64,000 nt of DNA, taken from NCBI GenBank assembly GCA_053919585.1, contig CM132828.1; one strand, given 5' to 3'. Both the position numbers and the translations under genes were made by a program. Positions 15,001-26,413 of the stretch are shown piece by piece (position 1 is the stretch's first letter; each line of letters starts with the position of its first letter). The notes under the pieces were generated by a model. The model was not told where the DNA came from, did no database searches, and saw only the letters and a program-made list of their open reading frames with translations. Source of the DNA: Euprymna scolopes. Lineage: Eukaryota.

Positions 15001-18000
15001 CATATTTGAATAACAGGAAGTCACAAATTATAAACAAACCATAAAATCATCATATTTTAATAACAGGAAGTCACAAGTTGTAAACAAACCATAAAATCAT
15101 CATGTTTTAATAACAGGAAGTCACAAGTTGTAAACAAACCATAAAATCATCATATTTTAATAACAGGAAATCACAAATTGTAAACAAACCATAAAATCAT
15201 CATATTTTAATAACAGGAACTCACAAGTTATAAACAAACCATAAAAATCATCATATTTTAATGACAGGGAGTCACAAGTTGTAAACAAACCATAAAATCA
15301 TCATATTTTAATAACAGGAAATCACAAATTGTAAACAAACCATAAAAAATCATCATATTTTAATAACAGGAAGTCACAAGTTGTAAACAAACCATAAAAA
15401 TCATCATATTTTAATAACAGGAAATCACAAATTGTAAACAAACCATAAAATCATCATATTTTAATAACAGGAAGTCACAAGTTGTAAACAAACCATAAAA
15501 TCATCATATTTTAATAACAGGAACTCACAAGTTATAAACAAACCATAAAAATCATCATATTTTAATGACAGGAAGTCACAAGTTGTAAACAAACCATAAA
15601 ATCATCATATTTTAATAACAGGAAATCACAAATTGTAAACAAACCAGAAAAAATCATCATATTTTAATAACAGGAAGTCACAAGTTGTAAACAAACCATA
15701 AAAATCATCATATTTTAATAACAGGAAGTCACAAATTATAAACAAACCATAAAATCATCATGTTTTAATAACAGGAAGTCACAAGTTGTAAACAAACCAT
15801 AAAATCATCATATTTTAATAACAGGAAATCACAAATTGTAAACAAACCATAAAATCATCATATTTTAATAACAGGAAGTCACAAGTTGTAAACAAACCAT
15901 AAAATCATCATATTTTAATAACAGGAAATCACAAATTGTAAACAAACCATAAAAATAATCATATTTTAATAACAGGAAGTCACAAGTTGTAAACAAACCA
16001 TAAAAATCATCATATTTTAATAACAGGAAATCACAAATTGTAAACAAACCATAAAAATCATCATATTTTAATAACAGGAAGTCACAAGTTGTAAACAAAC
16101 CATAAAAATCATCATATTTTAATAACAGGAAGTCACAAGTTGTAAACAAACCATAAAAATCATCATATTTTAATAACAGGAAGTCACAAGTTATAAACAA
16201 ACCATAAAATCATCATATTTTAATAACAGGAACTCACAAGTTGTAAACAAACCATAAAAATCATCATGTTTTAATAACAGGAAGTCACAAGTTGTAAACA
16301 AACCATAAAATCATCATATTTTAATAACAGGAAGTCACAAGTTGTAAACAAACCATAAAATCATCATATTTTAATAACAGGAAGTCACAAGTTGTAAACA
16401 AACCATAAAATCATCATATTTTAATAACAGGAAGTCACAAGTTGTAAACAAACCATAAAATCATCATATTTTAATAACAGGAACTCACAAGTTGTAAACA
16501 AACCATAAAAATCATCATATTTTAATAACAGGAAGTCACAAGTTGTAAACAAACCATAAAAATCATCATATTTTAATAACAGGAAGTCACAAATTATAAA
16601 CAAACCATAAAATCATCATATTTTAATAACAGGAAGTCACAAGTTGTAAACAAACCATAAAATCATCATATTTTAATAACAGGAAGTCACAAGTTATAAA
16701 CAAACCATAAAATCATCATATTTTAATAACAGGAAGTCACAAGTTGTAAACAAACCATAAAATCATCATATTTTAATAACAGGAAGTCACAAATTATAAA
16801 CAAACCATAAAATCATCATATTTTAATAACAGGAAGTCACAAGTTATAAACAAACCATAAAATCATCATATTTTAATAACAGGAAGTCACAAGTTGTAAA
16901 CAAACCATAAAAATCATCATATTTTAATAACAGGAAGTCACAAGTTGTAAACAAACCATAAAATCATCATATTTTAATAACAGGAAGTCACAAGTTGTAA
17001 ACAAACCATAAAATCATCATATTTTAATAACAGGAAGTCACAAGTTGTAAACAAACAATAAAAATCATCATATTTTAATGACAGGAAGTCACAAGTTGTA
17101 AACAAACATAAAATCATCATATTTTAATAACAGGAAGTCACAAGTTGTAAACAAACCATAAAATCATCATATTTTAATAACAGGAAGTCACAAGTTTTAA
17201 ACAAACCATAAAAATCATCATATTTTAATAACAGGAAGTCACAAGTTGTAAACAAACCATAAAAATCATCATATTTTAATAACAGGAAGTCACAAGTTGT
17301 AAACAAACCATAAAATCATCATATTTTAATAACAGGAAGTCACAAGTTTTAAACAAACCATAAAAATCATCATATTTTAATAACAGGAAGTCACAAGTTG
17401 TAAACAAACCATAAAAATCATCATATTTTAATAACAGGAAGTCACAAGTTGTAAACAAACCATAAAATCATCATATTTTAATAACAGGAAGTCACAAGTT
17501 GTAAACAAACCATAAAAATCATCATATTTTAATAACAGGAAGTCACAAATTATAAACAAACCATAAAATCATCATATTTTAATAACAGGAAGTCACAAGT
17601 TGTAAACAAACCATAAAATCATCATGTTTTAATAACAGGAAGTCACAAGTTGTAAACAAACCATAAAATCATCATATTTTAATAACAGGAAGTCACAAGT
17701 TGTAAACAAACCATAAAAATCATCATATTTTAATAACAGGAAGTCACAAGTTGTAAACAAACCATAAAAATCATCATATTTTAATAACAGGAAGTCACAA
17801 GTTGTAAACAAACCATAAAATCATCATATTTTAATAACAGGAAGTCACAAGTTGTAAACAAACCATAAAAATCATCATATTTTAATAACAGGAAGTCACA
17901 AATTATAAACAAACCATAAAATCATCATATTTTAATAACAGGAAGTCACAAGTTGTAAACAAACCATAAAATCATCATGTTTTAATAACAGGAAGTCACA

Positions 18001-21000
18001 AGTTGTAAACAAACCATAAAATCATCATATTTTAATAACAGGAAGTCACAAGTTGTAAACAAACCATAAAAATCATCATATTTTAATAACAGGAAGTCAC
18101 AAGTTGTAAACAAACCATAAAAATCATCATATTTTAATAACAGGAAGTCACAAGTTGTAAACAAACCATAAAATCATCATATTTTAATAACAGGAAGTCA
18201 CAAGTTGTAAACAAACCATAAAAATCATCATATTTTAATAACAGGAAGTCACAAGTTGTAAACAAACCATAAAATCATCATATTTTAATAACAGGAAGTC
18301 ACAAGTTGTAAACAAACCATAAAAATCATCATATTTTAATAACAGGAAGTCACAAATTATAAACAAACCATAAAATCATCATATTTTAATAACAGGAAGT
18401 CACAAGTTGTAAACAAACCATAAAATCATCATGTTTTAATAACAGGAAGTCACAAGTTGTAAACAAACCATAAAATCATCATATTTTAATAACAGGAAGT
18501 CACAAGTTGTAAACAAACCATAAAATCATCATATTTTAATAACAGGAAGTCACAAGTTGTAAACAAACCATAAAATCATCATATTTTAATAACAGGAAGT
18601 CACAAGTTGTAAACAAACCATAAAAATCATCATATTTTAATAACAGGAAGTCACAAGTTGTAAACAAACCATAAAATCATCATATTTTAATAACAGGAAG
18701 TCACAAGTTGTAAACAAACCATAAAAATCATCATATTTTAATAACAGGAAGTCACAAATTATAAACAAACCATAAAATCATCATATTTTAATAACAGGAA
18801 GTCACAAGTTGTAAACAAACCATAAAATCATCATGTTTTAATAACAGGAAGTCACAAGTTGTAAACAAACCATAAAATCATCATATTTTAATAACAGGAA
18901 GTCACAAATTATAAACAAACCATAAAATCATCATATTTTAATAACAGGAAGTCACAAGTTGAAAACAAACCATAAAAATCATCATATTTTAATAACAGGA
19001 AGTCACAAGTTGTAAACAAACCATAAAATCATCATATTTTAATAACAGGAAGTCACAAATTATAAACAAACCATAAAATCATCATATTTTAATAACAGGA
19101 AGTCACAAGTTATAAACAAACCATAAAATCATCATATTTTAATAACAGGAAGTCACAAGTTGTAAACAAACCATAAAATCATCATATTTTAATAACAGGA
19201 AGTCACAAGTTTTAAACAAACCATAAAAATCATCATATTTTAATAACAGGAAGTCACAAGTTGTAAACAAACCATAAAAATCATCATATTTTAATAACAG
19301 GAAGTCACAAGTTGTAAACAAACCATAAAATCATCATATTTTAATAACAGGAAGTCACAAGTTGTAAACAAACCATAAAAATCATCATATTTTAATAACA
19401 GGAAGTCACAAATTATAAACAAACCATAAAATCATCATATTTTAATAACAGGAAGTCACAAGTTGTAAACAAACCATAAAATCATCATGTTTTAATAACA
19501 GGAAGTCACAAGTTGTAAACAAACCATAAAATCATCATATTTTAATAACAGGAAGTCACAAGTTGTAAACAAACCATAAAAATCATCATATTTAAATAAC
19601 AGGAAGTCACAAGTTGTAAACAAACCATAAAAATCATCATATTTTAATAACAGGAAGTCACAAGTTGTAAACAAACCATAAAATCATCATATTTTAATAA
19701 CAGGAAGTCACAAGTTGTAAACAAACCATAAAAATCATCATATTTTAATAACAGGAAGTCACAAATTATAAACAAACCATAAAATCATCATATTTTAATA
19801 ACAGGAAGTCACAAGTTGTAAACAAACCATAAAATCATCATGTTTTAATAACAGGAAGTCACAAGTTGTAAACAAACCATAAAATCATCATATTTTAATA
19901 ACAGGAAGTCACAAGTTGTAAACAAACCATAAAAATCATCATATTTTAATAACAGGAAGTCACAAGTTGTAAACAAACCATAAAAATCATCATATTTTAA
20001 TAACAGGAAGTCACAAGTTGTAAACAAACCATAAAATCATCATATTTTAATAACAGGAAGTCACAAGTTGTAAACAAACCATAAAAATCATCATATTTTA
20101 ATAACAGGAAGTCACAAATTATAAACAAACCATAAAATCATCATATTTTAATAACAGGAACTCACAAGTTGTAAACAAACCATAAAATCATCATGTTTTA
20201 ATAACAGGAAGTCACAAGTTGTAAACAAACCATAAAATCATCATATTTTAATAACAGGAAGTCACAAATTATAAACAAACCATAAAATCATCATATTTTA
20301 ATAACAGGAAGTCACAAGTTGTAAACAAACCATAAAAATCATCATATTTTAATAACAGGAAGTCACAAGTTGTAAACAAACCATAAAATCATCATATTTT
20401 AATAACAGGAAGTCACAAATTATAAACAAACCATAAAATCATCATATTTTAATAACAGGAAGTCACAAGTTATAAACAAACCATAAAATCATCATATTTT
20501 AATAACAGGAAGTCACAAGTTGTAAACAAACCATAAAATCATCATATTTTAATAACAGGAAGTCACAAGTTATAAACAAACCATAAAATCATCATATTTT
20601 AATAACAGGAAGTCACAAGTTGTAAACAAACCATAAAATCATCATATTTTAATAACAGGAAGTCACAAGTTATAAACAAACCATAAAATCATCATATTTT
20701 AATAACAGGAAGTCACAAGTTATAAACAAACCATAAAATCATCATATTTTAATAACAGGAAGTCACAAGTTGTAAACAAACCATAAAATCATCATATTTT
20801 AATAACAGGAAGTCACAAGTTGTAAACAAACCATAAAAATCATCATATTTTAATAACAGGAAGTCACAAGTTGTAAACAAACCATAAAAATCATCATATT
20901 TTAATAACAGGAAGTCACAAGTTGTAAACAAACCATAAAATCATCATATTTTAATAACAGGAAGTCACAAGTTGTAAACAAACCATAAAAATCATCATAT

Positions 21001-21022
21001 TTTAATAACAGGAAGTCACAAG
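1..21022. repeat. 50/51-bp satellite array 1 (~418 monomers; runs off the left edge of the window)
   Basis: Consensus CAGGAAGTCACAAGTTGTAAACAAACCATAAAA(A)TCATCATATTTTAATAA repeated head-to-tail. Length varies at the A4/A5 run, with a few recurrent variants (AAATTAT, GTTAT, CATG, GGAACT, GGAAAT, AATGAC). Ends abruptly at ...GTCACAAG|ATGCC (21022). Copy number estimated as length/50.3. Confidence 0.99.
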
Positions 21023-21149
21023 ATGCCTCAATTCTAGAAACAAACGCTAACAAAAATATAAAAAATAACAAGAGGTTTAGTAGAAATTGAATATAACCGT
21101 ATTGAACAAAAATAAACCTGAAATGCGAGAATCTTGAATGTTAAATATA

Positions 21150-21490
21150 ATATTGGATCAATTTTATCATAGACGACAATTTATCAAATTTCTGTTTGAA
21201 AAAGCTATCATCACTTCATAGAAAATATGGTGGTTGTTTCACGAATCCTTTGATTTTTAAGGAAGCCACAGAACTATGGCAACTAAAAGGTGTTATAAAC
21301 ATCATTTCCCCATAACAGTAAGACACTATGCTTTAGCAAGTACAGAGGCATCTTCTGTCTAACTATAATATAGAAGCTCTTTATTTGTTTGATTGCAACA
21401 TTTATGAACAATGTCTGAACAGGAATTGTTTTGGCATCAAAAATGTATTAATTGATTACCAAAAGGCATATTATCACGTGTTTCGTACTA
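21150..21490 (+). pseudogene. Decayed non-LTR retrotransposon reverse transcriptase fragment, R4/Dong-like
   Basis: Manual translation: 21172-21310 DDNLSNFCLKKLSSLHRKYGGCFTNPLIFKEATELWQLKGVINIISP; 21338-21382 KYRGIFCLTII*KLF; 21451-21480 IDYQKAYYHV. These match, in order, the recalled R4-clade RT motifs NFWLKKLxxLH, NYRPITCLxxxYKL and IDYKKAYDSV. Stops, frameshifts and an internal deletion are present. Confidence 0.65.
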
Positions 21491-21571
21491 CAATACATTG
21501 AATTATTAACAATTGAACAATAGTCAACATGCTAAAATATTTTTCAAATAGACAACTTATTTCCTATACTA

Positions 21572-21709
21572 TTTTGCGTAACGATAAATCTACTAATCAA
21601 TAAGATGTTTACAATGTGAGAAAAAATCGCCAATATGACCAAAAAAATGCTCTTTTAAAGATCTAGAAGAGGATGCCTTTTGCGTAACGATAAATCTGCT
21701 TATCAATAA
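21572..21709 (+). repeat. Imperfect ~32-bp direct repeat pair
   Basis: TTTTGCGTAACGATAAATCTACTAATCAATAA at 21572 and TTTTGCGTAACGATAAATCTGCTTATCAATAA at 21678. Confidence 0.85.
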
Positions 21710-22029
21710 ATGAGAAAACCTATGAGAGGATGCAGAATATAACGATTCAGTGTTGATAAAACATAATGATCAAAAGAGTAAATCCGCCTCAAATCATGAG
21801 ATAACGTTCAATGAGAATATATCTATCGCCATTATAAAATTCTCTTATCGAAAATATCTCTTAAAATAAATGTTATCAATCAAGCTGTTGTTTCTTTTGT
21901 ATGTTTTATTATTGCTCACTTAAATATAAAATTATGAATTGCCTTCACACAAAAACCTTAAAAATACTGCCTCTACATAATAGCATTTACCAATATACAA
22001 TGTAATACTGATCTGTACTTCACATGAAG

Positions 22030-22745
22030 ATAAAGTAAGTTTCACTTAAAACGCCATCGGATATAAATTAATATCATAGCGAATCAATAATGATTTGGAA
22101 TGATTTGAAAACAAAGTAAATCATCAAGAAAGAAACTTGTTGCGACAAAACTTTTCTAATGAGGAAATATTTAAAATTATACAGAATCTTTGCAAGACAA
22201 AACTGTCGCTAAACTTTTTTTAGAAAAACTATATAATATGTGCTTTTGCCTTTTCATCTAATAAATATTAGTTAACCACATATTTACACATTGAATAGAA
22301 ATTCTATTATGAAAGCTGTGGTCTTATTTATATTTTAGTTATTGTTAAGCAATTTGTTGATAATCGTATTTCGTTACTTGATATTTTCATCAATATCGAA
22401 TAAAGTTTACATATGAACCTCATTTAATATTGACATCAATCGTTTAAGACCGATAATGTTGATACTAACATGTCAAATATATTCCACACATTTTCTCAAA
22501 CAATTATTTTTACAACCATTTAAATATATGACAATTATTAACAGATATATTGCTCATATTTGGGAAATAAGGTAATTTTTGTCATGAATTTGTACAGACT
22601 TAAAGCATAAAAATGTTATGTGATTTAATATTTTTCTCAACAAATACCAGGCAATCTGGTGGATCCGTACATTGTTTATAGTCAGTGGAATATCGCCACG
22701 TTTACCATTGTCATTCTTATTAAATATTTCAAATTGTAATGTTTT
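22030..22745 (-). pseudogene. Possible heavily decayed voltage-gated cation channel (6-TM repeat) fragment
   Basis: Frame-hopping minus-strand translation gives, in the expected S1 to S6 order: FEIF/IRMTMVNVAIF, LRKILNHITFL, IVIYLNGCKNNCLR/NVWNIFDMLVSTLSVL, and IYFVFKSFQIII/INLY/VLSETY. Only the WNIFD motif is strong, and many frameshifts are needed. Confidence 0.3.
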
Positions 22746-24357
22746 GTTTTCTTATTTTTCCATTAGTTTTTAAGCTATTTTCAGTTGAATAACGTTGACA
22801 CATGAGTAATATAATTGTTCCTCTTTTATTCATCTAAACTTGATAGTTATTGATTTATAATCATTTTTATGTAAATCAAGTGTTTATACAATTTTATTAT
22901 ATCTGGTAAAATGCAAACGTTCCAAACGATTAAACCATATTTAAAAATTATATCAAAATTTTACCATTTTCTGATAATGAAAAGAAGAGATGAGAATTTG
23001 ATCATTCTATGATTTTATATGAGGAAAGCCAAGAAGAAATAAATAACCGTTTAAATTTATAAAAAATTAGGTTAGTTCTTATTACACCCTAAAAAGAATA
23101 ACCTTTAAAATCCTTAGAAAATTATAATGTCTGTATGATCACAATAGGGTTTTTACACTAATTGGTATTTGAATATATTAAATTGAATTTACTTATCTTT
23201 TCATGAAGAGGAGATAATACGGATAAGGGCTTTCACATGTGGGGAGCTAGGTGTGTCAGAATTTTGGGATAATTTTTGAAACTCTTAACACAAAACTGTG
23301 AATAAAATATACAAAACTCATAATTTCTGTTTAAAGTGGTTTCTTTAATTTCCTTCTGGCATATACTTCCAAAATAAACTATTATTTTTAAAAATATAAT
23401 AGAAATATTTTTTATTAAAAAAAAAGTGTCTCCAGGTGCCTGCGCGCGCTCATGCAGCCATTTTTTACATAATAAAATTAGTTGAATTGTACGAGTTATT
23501 TGTTTTCAATTTTTTCAATTTAATAATCTATCTAAATTTTTCTATAGGTTCAATTTTTACAAGATTTGCAGGTTTAATGTCATATCTTTCCAATAAGTTG
23601 AATATAATATTCTAGGCAATCGGTTTTTTTATTCACCCTTTCCCATTTTGAAATGTCTATTCAAATGAAAATAATTAATTTATTACTTTAGATTTATATA
23701 TCACAAATTGAAGATAAAATATAAAAAAATAAAATAATTTCATTTAAAAAACAAAAAATAAGTTTTGTGCAAATTTACCTGTAAAGTCAAAAGTTTACAA
23801 CCTTTTTTTAAAACCACGTTGAATTTTTAGTGAAACGTAATATTTTTTTAAATTTTATCCTGAAAATATTGAATATCTACAACAACTTTTTCTGCTTCAT
23901 TCAATGTTTTGTTATATTAAAGAAAAATCACTCCATAAAGAAGGAATAAAATATATTAAATAAAAACACACATGTATTTCTTTAAGTGAATAAAAAAAAA
24001 TCGAAAATCGATCGAGTGGAATTTTGTAACGGCAAAAACTGATAAGTGAAATGTGATCATTTTTCAAATACGATGGCCCATTTTTATTACCTTTTGTTTA
24101 CAGCCAGCAATGGAAAGTGAGATTAATTCTGGCGCTTAAGGCCACCGAAGTTCTTAACTCGAATAAAAGGAAACATTTGTCTCCCTTTATGCCACTTGTG
24201 AAACATCTCATGCCGCGGTATTTTTAATCCTTGCTTAAAAAAAGTATTTCATTTAAAAAGGAAATGGAAATATAAAATATAAATATGGATAAATTCTTAA
24301 CAATGAAGAAGGAAAGTATCCATTGATTAGTAATTTTTATAGGTAAGCGATTTTTTG

Positions 24358-24359
<2 letters not shown>

Positions 24360-24397
<38 letters not shown>
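24360..24397. repeat. (TA)n microsatellite, ~19 units
   Basis: Read directly. Confidence 0.98.
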
Positions 24398-24400
<3 letters not shown>

Positions 24401-24445
24401 TAGGTAGTAGTTTGCTTGAAGCATTGTCGGTAAATAAATATATAG

Positions 24446-24641
24446 AATTTTTTTTTAAAGCCAAAGACAATGCGGAGAAAGACCGGAATATGAAAGTACA
24501 GAAAGAAAAACAAAAGTAAAGAAAGAAAAAAGGAAGAAAGGAAAGAAAAGTAAAGAAAGGAAAGAAAAGTAAGTACATTTGTTCGTTTTTCTTAATTTTT
24601 CATAATTCCGGTCTTTCTCCGCATTGTCTTTGGTTTTTAAA

Positions 24642-24647
<6 letters not shown>
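24446..24647. mobile_element. Foldback / MITE-like element, ~200 bp
   Basis: Perfect 29-bp inverted repeat: CCAAAGACAATGCGGAGAAAGACCGGAAT (24461-24489) / ATTCCGGTCTTTCTCCGCATTGTCTTTGG (24605-24633), extendable with mismatches. TTAA lies just outside each arm, and the interior is purine-rich (GAAA/GGAAA). Confidence 0.7.

Positions 24648-24715
<68 letters not shown>
24647..24715. repeat. (TA)n microsatellite, ~34 units
   Basis: Read directly. Confidence 0.98.
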
Positions 24716-24717
<2 letters not shown>

Positions 24718-25064
24718 GAAGTAAGTTCAAATTCGTTGACTTCTTGAAATCTTTTTTAAAGAAAACCGATTAAAAAAACAAATATTTCATATTTTGCCAT
24801 AAAATTTGTTATTATTTTACAATGTGGTCTTTGCTCCTTTTATTGAAAAAAAATTAAGGTTTGAATTACATTTTGCAAGTAGTTATAAGCTTCGAAAGAT
24901 AGTAAGTCTAATTATTCAAGTTTTCATCACGCATTTTTAATGGCGATTTTCTGACACTGCTGGTGGGGAGCTTCACCAGAAGGGGATCTCCTTAATTATA
25001 ACAGAAATTGTCAAAGAGATACTTTCAACCGATTACGCAGTTGTAATGAAACGTGTTTGCACTT

Positions 25065-25345
25065 ATGGAAAAAGGTTATTTTTACTGTTTTTTAAAATAC
25101 ATTTACCAATGTGCATGGAGCATAAATTCATTGCATATGTGTCTAATTTGGGGATTAGAAGAGAAAGCGTTTACTGATTTCTGTATACATTTACCGATCT
25201 GTATCGTGTAGAACTGCATTTGGGAATCAGCAGAGAAAGTTTTTACTAATCTTGTTACACATTTATCAATCTGTTTAGAGAGTGTATTTATTGAATCTGT
25301 GTCGTGTAGTAGTATTCTACCTTATTTGGGAATCATCAGAAAAAC
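25065..25345. repeat. Diverged ~70-bp tandem repeat (3-4 units)
   Basis: ATTTGGG(G/A)AT...AGAGAAAG..TTTACT.AT...ACATTTA.C.ATCTGT recurs at ~25146 and ~25218, with partial units at ~25075 and ~25324. Confidence 0.65.
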
Positions 25346-25359
25346 ATCCCAAAGCAACG

Positions 25360-26390
25360 AAGGTTCTTATTATTTATGGACCTCCAACGCCTGCTATGGA
25401 TTTAATCCCATTATATGTAACTCGATGTAATCTAATTTATTAATAGCATTATAAATTTAATGCAGGATGTTTCTGGTAGTAGGATTTCTTTGTATATAGA
25501 AAGGTATTTAACAGGGAGTTCTTATAGTTGTGTAATTGATTGCGGTGTTTATAAAACACTTTTGGCTTGTTTTGGTTGTGTATGGGTTCATATTGTGTTG
25601 TGTATTAGTAGGGATTTGGCGGAGGTTAGTTTTGGTGGTGTAGTTGATAGAACACTTTGATCATACGTTCGAGTTTAAAGCTAGTATGATTTACCACTAA
25701 AACTATGCATGGATAATCCCGAAACCCTGAATAGGGTTTTTTAGTGATAAAAACCAGTTGGCTCTCCACTGTAGGTGAACCTCATGTGGCAGGCAAGAAA
25801 ATAAGTAGTTGCTGGGTGATTTTATAGGATTCGCAATAAAACAGATTGTATTCCAAGATACTATTGGCATTTTCTTAGTTTTATGAATGTATAATATTAT
25901 AAGATATGTTAACTGACAAAATAAAATAAGCAAAGTGAATTAATGCAATCACTAAACCAAGATGTGATAAAAAGTTATTTAACTTGAAAAAAAAGACGTG
26001 TAATTGAAAGTAGCGACGTCACAGCAATTGACTGTGAATTTATCACATATGAATTGGTAATGCCTGAATTGAAACCTATCTTGACAGATCTGAACCATAC
26101 CTTATTGCAAATAGGCTTGCATAGCTCTAATATGCAAATGAAATCCTTAATTAGGGAGGGTTATAATATAACTATAGCAAAAACGCCTCGGCTAGTAGAG
26201 GCAGAAGATGCAACTTGCAAGCACTATGAAGCTATAGATATTTTAATTGAAAATAGCAGTTTAAGTAAAATGCGAAAATGGTCCATAAATCAACACAAAC
26301 CGAGAACATATTCTACACTTTGATTGCTGGTCGGTGTGATATATGTCTTAGAGGACGGTTAATTAGAGTTTAAGTCTGAAATCAAAATTA
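25360..26390 (-). mobile_element. Possible decayed LINE (RT to 3' end) remnant
   Basis: Minus strand: AATTAACCGTCCTCTAAG near 26365 resembles a frameshifted NYRPLS, YTTKTSQKCFINTAIN near 25580 resembles a LINE ORF2 C-terminus, and an AT-rich ATAAATAATAA tail lies near 25370. Weak overall. Confidence 0.25.
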
Positions 26391-26413
26391 AAATTAATCG
26401 TAAGTTTAACTGT

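Noticed and set aside
24224-24730. ORFs with YIYIYI or Phe-rich runs
   Set aside because: Translations of (TA)n and the polypurine tract.
25460-26323. Short ORFs 25460-25660, 25703-25933 and 26054-26323
   Set aside because: No recognisable domain; probably chance frames in decayed TE sequence.
21023-26413. Spacer as a single transposon inserted into the satellite
   Set aside because: No TSD, TIRs or LTRs at its ends, the satellite registers on the two sides do not match, and the content is a mosaic of old fragments.
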